Source: Phycisphaerales bacterium (lineage in GTDB: Bacteria > Planctomycetota > Phycisphaerae > Phycisphaerales > UBA1924). Taken from it: DNA of 64,000 nucleotides. This document shows positions 18,548 through 28,003 of this stretch, piece by piece; the first letter of the stretch is position 1, and every line of letters begins with the position of its first letter. The translations under genes were made by a program, and so were the position numbers. The stretch is taken from NCBI GenBank assembly GCA_007693765.1, contig RECZ01000097.1, forward strand, positions 1,862 through 65,861. Reading direction: 5' to 3'. Below the pieces are notes generated by a model. That model did not search any database. It was not told where the DNA came from and saw only the letters and a program-made list of their open reading frames with translations.

Positions 18548-20026
18548 TCAGTCTTCGGGGAAGGGGCCGCGGTCGATGGGTTCGATGCGGGTGAACGTGC
18601 GGCGCTGGGGCGTGGTGGCCTCGGCGCGGATCGCCAGGTGTGCGGCGGCGTCCATCGCGGCGACCTCGGCGAGGGCCTCGGCGTGGCCGCGGGTGAGGCG
18701 GTGGCGCACGCCGTTCTGGATCGCGGTGTTGAGCAGCACGACGCTCCGGGCGTAGTCGTCGCTCACGCCGGCGCTGGCGACGAGCGTGGCGGCCTGCGTT
18801 CGCACGAACTCGGCCGTGGGCTGGAGGGGGGCGCCGAGGGTGCGGGCGGCCTCCTGGAGGTTGCGCATCTCCGTGTCGTCGGGCGGCGTGGTGCGCCACG
18901 CCTCGACGACGCGGGCGATGGCCTCGGCGGCGTCCTCCGCCGTCTCGCTCAGGGGCACGGTGGCGTAGACGAAGAAGGGCAGCGTGTCCACGGGCCACGC
19001 GATGTTCGACGCCAGCGTGAAGGTGGTGAAGGCCTGCACGCGCACGTCTCTGCTCAGGCGCTCTAGGAGCGTGGCGCCGCCCATCGTGAGGGCGAGCCGC
19101 TCGGAGGCGCTCGCGGGGGCGGGCCACGTGAGCAGCAGGGCGCGGGCCTCGACGTCCCACGTGATCCGGGCGTCGGCGCCGACCGCGTCCCACGCGATGG
19201 GCTCGCGGTGCAGGGCCGGGCGGGCGGGCGCGGCGCCGATGGTGCGCTCCAGCGCCGGCGTCGCCTCGTCGTGTTCGAACTCGCCCACAAGGACGACGGT
19301 GAGGCTGGCCGGGGCGTTGGCGGCGCGGTGCAGGGCGCGGAGGCGGTCGAGGTCGAACGACTCCATGCCCGAGCGCAGCGCCGTCTCCGTCGCCCCGTGG
19401 CGCCACGCCTGGTTCGCGGCGACAAGGGCGAATTTCGCCAGCGGCTGCATGGGGTTGTCCTGCAGGAACTCGACCTCGGCGGCGCAGCGCGGCGCCTCCT
19501 GCTCCACGATCTCGCGGGTGATGCGGAGCGACGTCATGCGCTCGGCCTCGATCGAGAGCGCGTGCTCGAGCGCATCGCTGGTGGTGACGAAGTCGTAGTG
19601 CGTGAAGTCGGGCATCGTCTCGGCGTTGGCGAGGCCCGCCCCGCCCAGCGCCTCGACGGACTCGCCGGGCCCGTACGACGCCGTGGCGCCGAGGACGACG
19701 ATGTGCTCGAGCAGGTGCGTGGCCTGCGGCATGCCCGCGGGCTCATCGAGGAAGCCGGCCTCGTAGAACGTCGTCACCGCGATGCGCCCCGCGCCCGGCA
19801 CGGGCACAAGGATCGCCCGGGCGCCGTTCTCGAAATCGAGCGAGCGAACCTGCGTGGCCGCGCCCGCGTCCGCCCCGGCCTCTTCGACGGGCGCCTCCCG
19901 CCGGCACCCGGCGAGCGCCACGCACCCCGCAACGCCCAGCACGACGAGCGCAGCGCGCACGCGCCGCGTCCGCGCGATGAAGTCGCCGCCGTTGGTCGAC
20001 CCGCAACGGTGATTCGTGTGTGCCAT
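18548..20026 (-). CDS. M16-family (pitrilysin/insulinase-like) zinc peptidase, lipoprotein
   Basis: HxxEH inverted zinc motif in ATHLLEHIVV. Lipobox-like VALAGC. The start MAHTNHR at 20026 is preferred over the track start at 20062. Confidence 0.8.
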   Translation of the reverse strand: MAHTNHRCGSTNGGDFIARTRRVRAALVVLGVAGCVALAGCRREAPVEEAGADAGAATQVRSLDFENGARAILVPVPGAGRIAVTTFYEAGFLDEPAGMPQATHLLEHIVVLGATASYGPGESVEALGGAGLANAETMPDFTHYDFVTTSDALEHALSIEAERMTSLRITREIVEQEAPRCAAEVEFLQDNPMQPLAKFALVAANQAWRHGATETALRSGMESFDLDRLRALHRAANAPASLTVVLVGEFEHDEATPALERTIGAAPARPALHREPIAWDAVGADARITWDVEARALLLTWPAPASASERLALTMGGATLLERLSRDVRVQAFTTFTLASNIAWPVDTLPFFVYATVPLSETAEDAAEAIARVVEAWRTTPPDDTEMRNLQEAARTLGAPLQPTAEFVRTQAATLVASAGVSDDYARSVVLLNTAIQNGVRHRLTRGHAEALAEVAAMDAAAHLAIRAEATTPQRRTFTRIEPIDRGPFPED

Positions 20027-20091
20027 CGCGAAAACCTTACGGCGGCGCCCGGCGATCCACAACGCCGCGGCGTGAATATGATTGGCCCCGC

Positions 20092-21159
20092 ATGCACCAC
20101 GCCCACCGACACCACCGGCAGTCGATCCTCCCCGTCGTGGGCGACGCGGGGCAGGAGCGCCTGTCGCGGTCGCACGCGCTGGTCGTGGGCGTCGGGGCGC
20201 TGGGGTGCGTCTCGGCGGAACTGCTGGCGCGAGCGGGCGTGGGGACGATCACGCTCGTCGATCGCGACGTCGTCGAGACGACCAACCTCCAACGACAAAC
20301 GCTCTACACCGACGCCGACGCCCGCGAGGGCGCGCCCAAGGCGGACGCCGCGGCCAGGCGCCTCCGCGCCATCGACCCGGCGCTCGACGTCCGCGCCGTC
20401 GTCGCCGACTTCACGCACCGCAACGCCGAAACGCTGTGCGACGCGAGCCCGCCCGTGGGCGTGATCGTCGACGGGCTGGACAACTACGAGACGCGGTACC
20501 TGCTCAACGACCTGAGCGTGTCGCGCGCGATCCCGCTGATCTACGGCGGCGCGGTCGCGACGCACGGCATGCAGATGAACGTCCTCGCGGGCGTCGACGC
20601 CGATGCGCCGTGCCTGCGCTGCGTCTTCCCCGAGGCGCCGCCGGAGGGCGCCCGGGAGACGTGCGACTCCGCCGGCGTGCTGGCCCCGGCGCCCGCCGTC
20701 ATCGGCGCGCTGCAGGCGGCCGAGGCGCTCAAGGCCCTGCTCGGGCGCACCGACGCCATGCGCCGCTCCCTGCTCCGCATCGATGTCTGGACGGGCGACC
20801 TCGGCGCGACACGCATCGCCGGCGCCAAAGACCCGGACTGCCCCTGCTGCGCCCGCCGCGACTTCGCGTCCCTCCGCGGCGCCGGCGCCCGCGACGCGAC
20901 GACGCTGTGCGGGCGTTCGAGCGTGCAGATCAGCCCGTCCGGCGCCGGGGTCGATCTCGACGCCATCGCCGCACGCCTGGCCCGCAGCGCCGCGGTGACG
21001 CGGAACACCTTCCTCGTGCGCGCCGATCTGGAGGGCGAGCGGGGCGAGGGCGACGCGCCGATCCAGCTCACGGTCTTCGGCGACGGGCGCGCGATTATCT
21101 CGGGCACAGCGGAGCCGGCGCGGGCTCGGTCGATCCACGCGAAATACGTCGGCGCCTGA
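20092..21159 (+). CDS. ThiF/MoeB/HesA-family E1-like adenylyltransferase with C-terminal extension
   Basis: RYHRQSILPVVG...LVVGVGALGCVSAELLARAGVGTITLVDRDVVETTNLQRQ, CLRC...CPCC zinc motif, C-terminal ...TVFGDGRAIISGTAEPARARSIHAKYVG. Confidence 0.85.
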   Translation: MHHAHRHHRQSILPVVGDAGQERLSRSHALVVGVGALGCVSAELLARAGVGTITLVDRDVVETTNLQRQTLYTDADAREGAPKADAAARRLRAIDPALDVRAVVADFTHRNAETLCDASPPVGVIVDGLDNYETRYLLNDLSVSRAIPLIYGGAVATHGMQMNVLAGVDADAPCLRCVFPEAPPEGARETCDSAGVLAPAPAVIGALQAAEALKALLGRTDAMRRSLLRIDVWTGDLGATRIAGAKDPDCPCCARRDFASLRGAGARDATTLCGRSSVQISPSGAGVDLDAIAARLARSAAVTRNTFLVRADLEGERGEGDAPIQLTVFGDGRAIISGTAEPARARSIHAKYVGA

Positions 21160-21168
21160 GCGCCCGCC

Positions 21169-22194
21169 TCACGCGCCCGCGCCGCGGGCCTGCGTGATCA
21201 GCAGCGCCATGTAAGCGAGGAAGACCGCCAGCAAAGCCGCGCCCTCCCACCGCGTGATGCGGCTGCCCGTCCACAGCACCACCACGCACAGCACGCTCAT
21301 CACGAGCATCGCGGGCACATCGCGGAACATGACCGCGGCTTCGAACGAAAGCGGCGAGGCCAGCGCCGCCGCGCCCATGATGAACAGCACGTTGTAGATG
21401 TTGGAGCCGATCACGTTGCCCACGCAGATGTCCGGCTCCTTGCGCAGAGCCGCGACGACCGAGGTCGCCAGTTCGGGCAGGCTGGTGCCCGCGCTGACGA
21501 TGGTGAGGCCGATCACGAGTTCGGAGACGCCGAACGTGCGCGCCAGCACGGTGGCGCCGTCCACGAGGAGGCGGGATCCGATCACCAGCACCAGCGTGCC
21601 CGCGATCACGAACGAGATATCCAGCCAGACGGGGCGCCGGCGCGCCTGGGCCGCCGTCTCCCCGCCGCCCACATCGGCCTCGTACTGCGCGATGGCCACG
21701 GGGCCGCCGCGCCGGGCCATCCGGTAGGCGTACAGGGTGTAGGCGACGCCCAGAACAACGCACGCGAGCCCCGCCCAGCGTCCGACGACCCAATGCGCGG
21801 GATCGGCCTCCGTCGCCGCGACGTGCCCGCCCAACAAGGCGAGCGCGGGCACGAGGAGCGCCACGCCCAGCATGACGGGCGTCTCGCGCCTGGCGAGGCC
21901 CTTGTCGAAGACGATCGGGCACAGCAGGGCCGCGATCGCGAGGATCACACCAATGTTGAAGATGTTCGAGCCCACCACGTTGCCGACCGCGATGCCCTCG
22001 TTCCCCGCCAGCGCGGCCCGCACCGAGACGATCAACTCCGGGCTGCTCGTCCCGAACGCGACGATCGTCAGCCCCACCACCAGCGACGAGACGCCCAGCC
22101 GCAACGCCAACGACGCGGCGCCCCGCACGAGACCCTCGGCGCCCATCGCGAGCAACACGAACCCGGCGGCGACCTGAAGAATGGGGACGAGCAT
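21169..22194 (-). CDS. CaCA-family Ca2+/Na+ antiporter (YrbG-like)
   Basis: Two alpha-repeats: GLTIVAFGTSSPELIVSV...GNVVGSNIFNIGVILA and GLTIVSAGTSLPELATSV...GNVIGSNIYNVLFIMG. Confidence 0.9.
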   Translation of the reverse strand: MLVPILQVAAGFVLLAMGAEGLVRGAASLALRLGVSSLVVGLTIVAFGTSSPELIVSVRAALAGNEGIAVGNVVGSNIFNIGVILAIAALLCPIVFDKGLARRETPVMLGVALLVPALALLGGHVAATEADPAHWVVGRWAGLACVVLGVAYTLYAYRMARRGGPVAIAQYEADVGGGETAAQARRRPVWLDISFVIAGTLVLVIGSRLLVDGATVLARTFGVSELVIGLTIVSAGTSLPELATSVVAALRKEPDICVGNVIGSNIYNVLFIMGAAALASPLSFEAAVMFRDVPAMLVMSVLCVVVLWTGSRITRWEGAALLAVFLAYMALLITQARGAGA

Positions 22195-22242
22195 GGGGGC
22201 GTGGTTTGCGGGGGTGCGGCGACCAGCGGGGCGTCCGGTGAA

Positions 22243-22266
22243 TTCCGGGGGGGACTTCCGGGGGGG
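22243..22266. repeat. Tandem direct repeat, 2 x TTCCGGGGGGG spaced 13 bp apart
   Basis: Copies at 22243-22253 and 22256-22266, 49-72 nt upstream of the CaCA start (22194) on the opposite strand. Confidence 0.4.
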
Positions 22267-22308
22267 AGCGGGAAGCGTAGCCGCGGGCGTGCGCGCGTCA
22301 AAGAGAAC

Positions 22309-22334
22309 GCCGGCGCCCGAATCCGGGCGCCGGC
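22309..22334 (-). terminator. Intrinsic-terminator-like hairpin downstream of the TlpA-like gene
   Basis: GCCGGCGCCCG-aatc-CGGGCGCCGGC is a perfect 11-bp stem. On the minus strand it is followed by GTTCTCTTTG. Confidence 0.5.
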
Positions 22335-22380
22335 GCGTGTGCGGTCGTGTTTTGGAGGCGGCCCGAGCGTCCGGGGCGGT

Positions 22381-23439
22381 TTACTCGCCGCGGTCTCTGG
22401 CGGTGCGGTACTCGAGCATGTGGGTTTCGAAGAGCGCCTTCATCTCATTGTCGGCGAGTTCGATCGCCCGCTTCTGGAGCTCGATCGCCCGGTCGACGTC
22501 GCCCTGCATGAAGTGCGAGCGGGCGAGGGTGTCGACGACGGAGGCGTCGTTGCCGCCGGTGAGCTCGTTGGCGCGCGTCACGGCGCGGTGCGCCAGGGCG
22601 AGGTCGCGCCGGGGCAGGCCGGAGGCGTCGAGGATGTACCACGCCACATCGTTGAGGGCGTCGCTGTCGTCCTTGAAGTAGCCGTCGATGCACTTGGTCA
22701 GAAACGCGTACGCGCCGTCGACGTCGCTGAGCATGGCGATCATGGCGTTGGCCTTGGTGAGCGCCAGCCGCACCGGGTCGTAGCCCATTGCGATCACTTC
22801 GTCGACCTTGTCGAGCGCCTCACGGATGTTGCCCTCGCTCGCAAGACGGTCGATCTCCTTGAGCAGCGGCTCGACGCGGGCCTCGAGTTCGGCGCGGGCC
22901 GCGGCTTCCTTGGCGAGCGAGTCAATGTCGTACGATCCTTCGAGGATCTGCGCCACCACATCGTCAAGGCCGGCCATCGGGTGGCCGATCCAGGCGATGC
23001 GTCCCTGCTGATCGATGACCATCGCGGTGGGGATGCTGTTGAGGCGTGCGGCGGCCATGAACGCGTCGGCGGTCTTCTGATCGCGGTCCTCGGCGACGGC
23101 GTAGCCCATGTCGTCGCCCCACTCCTTCACAAACTGCGTCGTGGGCTTCTGGTCGGGCATGGGCCAGATGGCGACGCCGATGACGTGCACGTTCTGATCG
23201 CGCAGCTCTTTCTGCATCGCGGTCAGATGCGGGATGCCGGCGATGCACGGGGCGCACCACGTGGCCCAGAAGTCCAGCACGTACACGTGCCCGGGCTTCC
23301 ACTCTTTGATCGGCTCGCCCTTGAGCCAGTCGACGTGCTCCATCTTCGGCGCCTGCGAGCCGATCCGGAGCGTCTGGGCGTGGGCCGACGTCGCGAGGAG
23401 GGTGAGCGTCGAGAGCGTCGCGGCGATGAGTCTGAGCAT
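22381..23439 (-). CDS. Secreted TlpA/redoxin-like thiol:disulfide oxidoreductase fused to a TPR-like helical domain
   Basis: Signal MLRLIAATLSTLTLLATSAHA. Thioredoxin motif LDFWATWCAPCIAGIPHL. The C-terminal half is helical-repeat-like. Confidence 0.8.
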   Translation of the reverse strand: MLRLIAATLSTLTLLATSAHAQTLRIGSQAPKMEHVDWLKGEPIKEWKPGHVYVLDFWATWCAPCIAGIPHLTAMQKELRDQNVHVIGVAIWPMPDQKPTTQFVKEWGDDMGYAVAEDRDQKTADAFMAAARLNSIPTAMVIDQQGRIAWIGHPMAGLDDVVAQILEGSYDIDSLAKEAAARAELEARVEPLLKEIDRLASEGNIREALDKVDEVIAMGYDPVRLALTKANAMIAMLSDVDGAYAFLTKCIDGYFKDDSDALNDVAWYILDASGLPRRDLALAHRAVTRANELTGGNDASVVDTLARSHFMQGDVDRAIELQKRAIELADNEMKALFETHMLEYRTARDRGE

Positions 23440-23692
23440 TGTAAAATCTCTGCTAGAGCGTTTCTGGCGCGTGCGGCCGATCCGACGAGGGCTGGCCGCG
23501 GTGTTATGCGGAACCTGGGGGGTGCTCCGCGGGGGATGCAGGTGCATCGTGAGGGCTGATCATAGGAGAAGACGCGTCCCGGAGCCGCTTTGTTCCCTCC
23601 CATCGCCGATGAACCGGCGTCCAGAGCGTTGACCTCCCCGGGTCGGTGCGGCGCCGCACTCGGCGATCGGCGTAGCCCCCACGAGCCGCATA

Positions 23693-25039
23693 ATGTCCTC
23701 ACGGATGCGCACCGCACGCGACACGGGGTTGATCGTCGGCCTGCTGCTCAGCGTGGCCCTGCACGCCTCGCTGGCGTGGGTGTCGTACGTCGTCGCCGTC
23801 GGCGGCGCCCTGTCGAGCAGCGCGTACGACGCCGCGGGCTCTGGGATGGAATACACCCCGCCCCCGCCCCCGCCCCAACCCGACGATGCGCCCGAGGAGG
23901 AACCCGTCCGGCGCATCCAACTCGGCTTGGACGACGGCTCCACGCAAGTCTCCGCGACGTGGATCGGCGGCCCGCGCGATGAGCCCCACGCCGGCGACCG
24001 CGGCGAGATCGACCAAGCCGCGTTCTCCCTCGCGCCCGGCGATGAGCCCGGCCCCTTCAGCATCGCCGCCGACGCCAGCGAGGCACGCCCCTTCGAGCCG
24101 CCGCCGGAGCCCGTCGAGCGACCCGCCACGACGCAAGCACCGCCCCGCGGCGCCTTCGCGCCGAACACACTTTTCCCGGACATCCCGGACGCCCCGGACC
24201 CTCCGGACTTCGAGGAAGCGCCGGACGTTCTGATCGACGGCGCACCCGATGCGCCGGCCATCGCCGAGTCGCTCGATGCGCACACAGACGCAGACCGCGA
24301 AGCCGTTGCGGAATTCGATCCGGAGTTGGAAGCGACACAAGACGAGATGCTCGAAGAGGCGCGCCGACTTTTGGCGCAGGCCTCCACGCTGCTCGAGACG
24401 CTCGCGGGCGGCGCCCCCCCACCGCCCGCCGCGGCGGCCACACGCCCGCGCCCGTCGGATGCCCCGCCCTCGCCCGAGGCGCTCGATGCGGTCGAATCGA
24501 CTCAGAGTGACGACCCGCCATCGCTCGACGATGCGCAGGATGCGCCACGCGACGCCCCACCCACGCCGCCCGATGCGAGCCCCTCCACGCCCAGCGAACC
24601 CTCTGCGCCCTCCGCGTCGCGCGGCTCGACGCCGGAAGCGCCCACGGGCGAGATCAGCGACCGCGAATCCGACGGCATGCGCACGGACGACGCGATCGTG
24701 GTGGAGCCGGGACGCCCGCTGGCCGCCAAGGGGCTGGAGATCCGCACGGTGCGCCCGCGGTGGTCGCACTACACGCTCATCACGGCGAACCCCAAGGACG
24801 CGATCGTGCGCGTGCGCTTCGGGCGCGACGGGTCGGTGGTGTCGGCGGTGTACGTGGAATCCTCCGGCCGCGCCGACGTCGACCGCCCGGTGATGGACGC
24901 CATTTACCAATGGCGCGCCAGCGGCAGGCCCCTGCTCGAACTCCCCGAATACGAACCATCCGACGATGACGACGACGAGACCTCGGACGCCGCGATCCCC
25001 GCGGTCGAACTGCTCTTCCGCATCGTGCTGCGCCGCTGA
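23693..25039 (+). CDS. TonB-like energy-transducer family protein (N-terminal TM, Pro/Asp-rich linker, TonB-C-like domain)
   Basis: TM helix GLIVGLLLSVALHASLAWVSYVV, a long P/E/D-rich spacer, and C-terminal IVRVRFGRDGSVVSAVYVESSGRADVDRPVMDAIYQWRA. Confidence 0.65.
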   Translation: MSSRMRTARDTGLIVGLLLSVALHASLAWVSYVVAVGGALSSSAYDAAGSGMEYTPPPPPPQPDDAPEEEPVRRIQLGLDDGSTQVSATWIGGPRDEPHAGDRGEIDQAAFSLAPGDEPGPFSIAADASEARPFEPPPEPVERPATTQAPPRGAFAPNTLFPDIPDAPDPPDFEEAPDVLIDGAPDAPAIAESLDAHTDADREAVAEFDPELEATQDEMLEEARRLLAQASTLLETLAGGAPPPPAAAATRPRPSDAPPSPEALDAVESTQSDDPPSLDDAQDAPRDAPPTPPDASPSTPSEPSAPSASRGSTPEAPTGEISDRESDGMRTDDAIVVEPGRPLAAKGLEIRTVRPRWSHYTLITANPKDAIVRVRFGRDGSVVSAVYVESSGRADVDRPVMDAIYQWRASGRPLLELPEYEPSDDDDDETSDAAIPAVELLFRIVLRR

Positions 25040-25067
25040 ACAACAGACAGCCCCACCGCGCCACACC

Positions 25068-25173
25068 GTGCCACCGACTTTGCCGCAAAGTCGGTGTCTT
25101 CGTTCACCTTCATGCCAGAAGCGACCACGAGCACCCAAAAGAACACCGACGTCGCAAGCGACGTCGGTGGCAC
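25068..25173. repeat. Nested-palindrome repeat element, copy 2
   Basis: GTGCCACCGACTTTGCCGCAAAGTCGGTG, a 47-nt spacer, then CACCGACGTCGCAAGCGACGTCGGTGGCAC. Confidence 0.85.
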
Positions 25174-25212
25174 GGGGGGCGCAGTTTGTGCCACCGGCCA
25201 CTCATCGACACC

Positions 25213-25318
25213 GTGCCACCGGCTTTGCCCCAAAGCCGGTGTCTTCGTTCATCTCTATGCCCCCAAGCAAACTCGAACCCCAAAAGAACACCGACGTCGC
25301 GAGCGACGTCGGTGGCAC
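25213..25318. repeat. Nested-palindrome repeat element, copy 3 (tandem with copy 2)
   Basis: GTGCCACCGGCTTTGCCCCAAAGCCGGTG, a spacer, then CACCGACGTCGCGAGCGACGTCGGTGGCAC. A partial GTGCCACCGGCC also sits at 25188-25199. Confidence 0.85.
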
Positions 25319-25350
25319 GGGGGGCACGGGGGGCTTTGCTTTGGTTCGGA

Positions 25351-25821
25351 TTACTCGGGCTTGCCGCCGGAGTGGTCGTACACCCAGCGGTCGACGGCGC
25401 GGCTGTACTCGAGCACCTCGCCCTTGGCGAAGAAGATCTCCAACTCCTTGGCCGCGGCCTCGGGAGAGTCGGAGCCGTGGATGAGGTTGAAGGAGTTGGA
25501 CGAGCCGAAGTCGCCGCGGATCGTGCCCGCCTCGGCCTTGGAGCCGAAGGTGGCGCCCATCATCTTGCGGCACATGGCGATGGCGCCGAGGCCGCGGACG
25601 GCGAGCACCAGCACCGGGGCGCTGGTCATGAACTTCACGAGGCCGTCGTAGAAAGGCTTGCCCTTGTGGTCGGCGTAGTGACGCTCGGCGGTGGCGACGG
25701 GGATGACCATCAGCTTGGCGCCGACGATCTGGAGGCCCTTGTCCTCGAAGCGGGAGACGATGCGACCCATCAAACCGCGCTGAACGGCGTCGGGCTTGAG
25801 GATGATGAGCGTGGTTTCCAT
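25351..25821 (-). CDS. ndk: Nucleoside diphosphate kinase
   Basis: METTLIILKPDAVQRGLMGRIVSRFEDKGL...TIRGDFG...NLIHGSDS. Confidence 0.95.
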   Translation of the reverse strand: METTLIILKPDAVQRGLMGRIVSRFEDKGLQIVGAKLMVIPVATAERHYADHKGKPFYDGLVKFMTSAPVLVLAVRGLGAIAMCRKMMGATFGSKAEAGTIRGDFGSSNSFNLIHGSDSPEAAAKELEIFFAKGEVLEYSRAVDRWVYDHSGGKPE

Positions 25822-26016
25822 GCGTGATCCTTGATCTTGGGGGGTGCGTGCGGGGGCGGAGAGGATAGCGGCTCCGGGGGGTGGCGGCACAGCCAACCCT
25901 CACCGCCTCCTTGCTATGCTCCCCCCCTTGAACTTCCCGATGCAGAGAGTCGTCGCCGGGTTCCGCCCCGCGGCGACGCGAGCCATGGAGGGCCTCGCGT
26001 GAGCGCCACACTGGAG

Positions 26017-27987
26017 ATGGACGGAGCCCGCGCCCGCAAACCCGGCACAAAGACGCGCTCGCGGGCGACCGCCGAGAGCATGGCGTCGCAGCAACGCGAG
26101 ATCTCCGTCTCGGAGTTCTTCGCCAAGAACCGCCACCTGCTCGGCTTCGACAACCCCCGCAAGGCCCTGCTGACCGCCGTCAAGGAAGCGGTGGACAACG
26201 CCCTCGACGCCTGCGAGGAGGGCGGCGTGCTGCCCGACATCCGCGTGGAGCTCGAGCACCTGCGCGAGTCGGGCGAGGGACGCTACCGCCTCGCCATCCA
26301 GGACAACGGGCCGGGCATCGTCCGCCGGCAGATCGAGAACATCTTCGGAAAACTGCTCTACGGCTCGAAGTTCCACCGCCTCAAGATGAGCCGCGGCCAG
26401 CAGGGCATCGGCATCAGCGCCGCCGGCATGTACGGGCTGATGACCACCGGCAAGCCGGTGATGATCATCTCCAAGACCGCCCGCTCCAAGCCGGCCCACG
26501 AGGTCGTCCTGAAGATGGACACCTCCAAGAACAAGGCCGAGGTCGTCAGCGAGACCGAGCACCCCGAGGACGACGCCCTCTTCCCCGACGGGCACGGCAC
26601 ACGTGTCGTGATCGAGCTCGAAGGCAAGTACATGAAGGGGCGCGCGAGCGTCGACGAGTACCTCGAGCTCACCGCCATCGCCAACCCGCACGCCCGCATC
26701 ACCTTCGTCCCCCCCGCGACCGGCGCCGGCGCGGAGAACGCCGACGCCTCGCCCGCCACGCCGATCGTCTTCGAGCGCGCCGTCGATGAACTGCCCCCCG
26801 AGGCGCAGGAGATCCAGCCCCACCCGCACGGCATCGAGCTCGGCACGCTCATCCAGATGCTGGAGCGGACCGAGTCCACCCAACTCGGCGCGTTCTTCAA
26901 GAACGACTTCTGCCGCGTCGGCCCCAAGGTGGCCAAAGAGATCTGCGCCGAGGCGGGCCTGACGGACCGCACGTGGGTGAAGCAGGTCGGGCACGCGGAG
27001 GCGGAGCGGCTCTACAAGGCGGTGCAGGGCGTCAAGATCATGGCGCCCCCGACGGACTGCCTGAGCCCCATCGGCGCCAAGGTGCTGCTCAAGGGGCTGG
27101 AGAAGGGCCTGAAGCCGGACTTCATCGCCGTGTCCTCGCGCCCGCCGGGCGTGTACCGCGGGCGCCCGTTCCTGATCGAAGCGGGCGTGGCCTTCGGGGG
27201 CGACCTGCCGGCGGACGAGTCGGCGCGCGTCCACCGCTTCGCCAACCGCGTGCCCCTGCAGTACCAGCAGGCGGCGTGCGCATCCTTCAAGGCGGTCATC
27301 GAGACGGACTGGAAACGCTACGGCCTGCAGCAGCCCCGCGGCGCCCTGCCGGTCGGCCCGCTCGTCGTCGTCATCCACATGGCCAGCGTGTGGGTGCCCT
27401 TCACCAGCGAGAGCAAGGAGGCGATCGCCGACTACGACGAGATCCGCAAGGAGATGCGCCTGGCGCTCATGGAGTGCGGGCGGAAACTCGGCACGTACGT
27501 GCGACGCCGCCAGCGCATGAAGCGCGAGGGCGAGCGTCGCAGCGTGTTCGAGCGGTACATCGGGGAGATCGCCAAGTCGTGCGAGCGCATCACGGGCAAG
27601 CCGGGCCAGCCGGTGTACGACGCGCTGCTGCGCATGGCCCAATCCAAGACGGAGGAGGCCGACGCGGTGCTCGACGAGGAGGGCAAGCGCATCGGCCGCG
27701 CCGACCCGCTGGAGCGCGACGAGGGCGTGTACATCCGCGAGCGCACGGACGACGACGATGCGCCGGTCGAGGCCCCGAAGGGCGCAGGCGTCAAGAAGGG
27801 CAAGCGGGTGAAGGTCGTCAAGAAGAAACGAGTCAAGACCGGGAGTTCCGGGGGCGCGGGTGGTTCCTCGGGCGCCGGGGGCGCCGGGCCTGCGCCCAAG
27901 CGCGACGCCAAGCGTGCGGGCGCGCGGGTCGTAAACAAGAAGAAGCGCCCGGACAGCCCCGGCCTGTTCCAGAACGACGCGGACTGA
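26017..27987 (+). CDS. top6B: DNA topoisomerase VI subunit B (GHKL ATPase) with Lys/Gly-rich C-terminal tail
   Basis: ISVSEFFAKNRHLLGFDNPRKALLTAVKEAVDNALDACEE...YRLAIQDNGPGI...IFGKLLYGSKFH...SRGQQGIGISAAGMYG. Tail ...KGAGVKKGKRVKVVKKKRVKTGSSGGAGGSSGAGGAG...VVNKKKRP. Alternative start at 26080 (MASQQRE). Confidence 0.88.
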   Translation: MDGARARKPGTKTRSRATAESMASQQREISVSEFFAKNRHLLGFDNPRKALLTAVKEAVDNALDACEEGGVLPDIRVELEHLRESGEGRYRLAIQDNGPGIVRRQIENIFGKLLYGSKFHRLKMSRGQQGIGISAAGMYGLMTTGKPVMIISKTARSKPAHEVVLKMDTSKNKAEVVSETEHPEDDALFPDGHGTRVVIELEGKYMKGRASVDEYLELTAIANPHARITFVPPATGAGAENADASPATPIVFERAVDELPPEAQEIQPHPHGIELGTLIQMLERTESTQLGAFFKNDFCRVGPKVAKEICAEAGLTDRTWVKQVGHAEAERLYKAVQGVKIMAPPTDCLSPIGAKVLLKGLEKGLKPDFIAVSSRPPGVYRGRPFLIEAGVAFGGDLPADESARVHRFANRVPLQYQQAACASFKAVIETDWKRYGLQQPRGALPVGPLVVVIHMASVWVPFTSESKEAIADYDEIRKEMRLALMECGRKLGTYVRRRQRMKREGERRSVFERYIGEIAKSCERITGKPGQPVYDALLRMAQSKTEEADAVLDEEGKRIGRADPLERDEGVYIRERTDDDDAPVEAPKGAGVKKGKRVKVVKKKRVKTGSSGGAGGSSGAGGAGPAPKRDAKRAGARVVNKKKRPDSPGLFQNDAD

Positions 27988-28003
27988 GCGGAGAGCGAGC
28001 GAG

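Noticed and set aside
25166-25185. Sigma-54 promoter-like TGGCAC in the repeat termini, also at 13584-13600 and 48251-48266
   Set aside because: The -12 element TTGC is missing at the correct spacing (GCGCA, TTCAG and CTGGT instead). TGGCAC is simply part of the repeat or palindrome, and chance GG-N10-GC matches are expected at this GC content.
25068-25318. Possible CRISPR array
   Set aside because: Only two tandem units. They are internally palindromic with conserved spacers between modules, no unique spacers and no cas genes, and a third copy lies dispersed at 10797. This is a REP/MITE-like family, not CRISPR.
27841-27890. TTCCGGGGG-like sequence inside top6B
   Set aside because: It lies within the coding Gly/Ser-rich tail (GSSGGAGGSSGAGGAG). 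The resemblance to the upstream motif is most likely a by-product of Gly codons.
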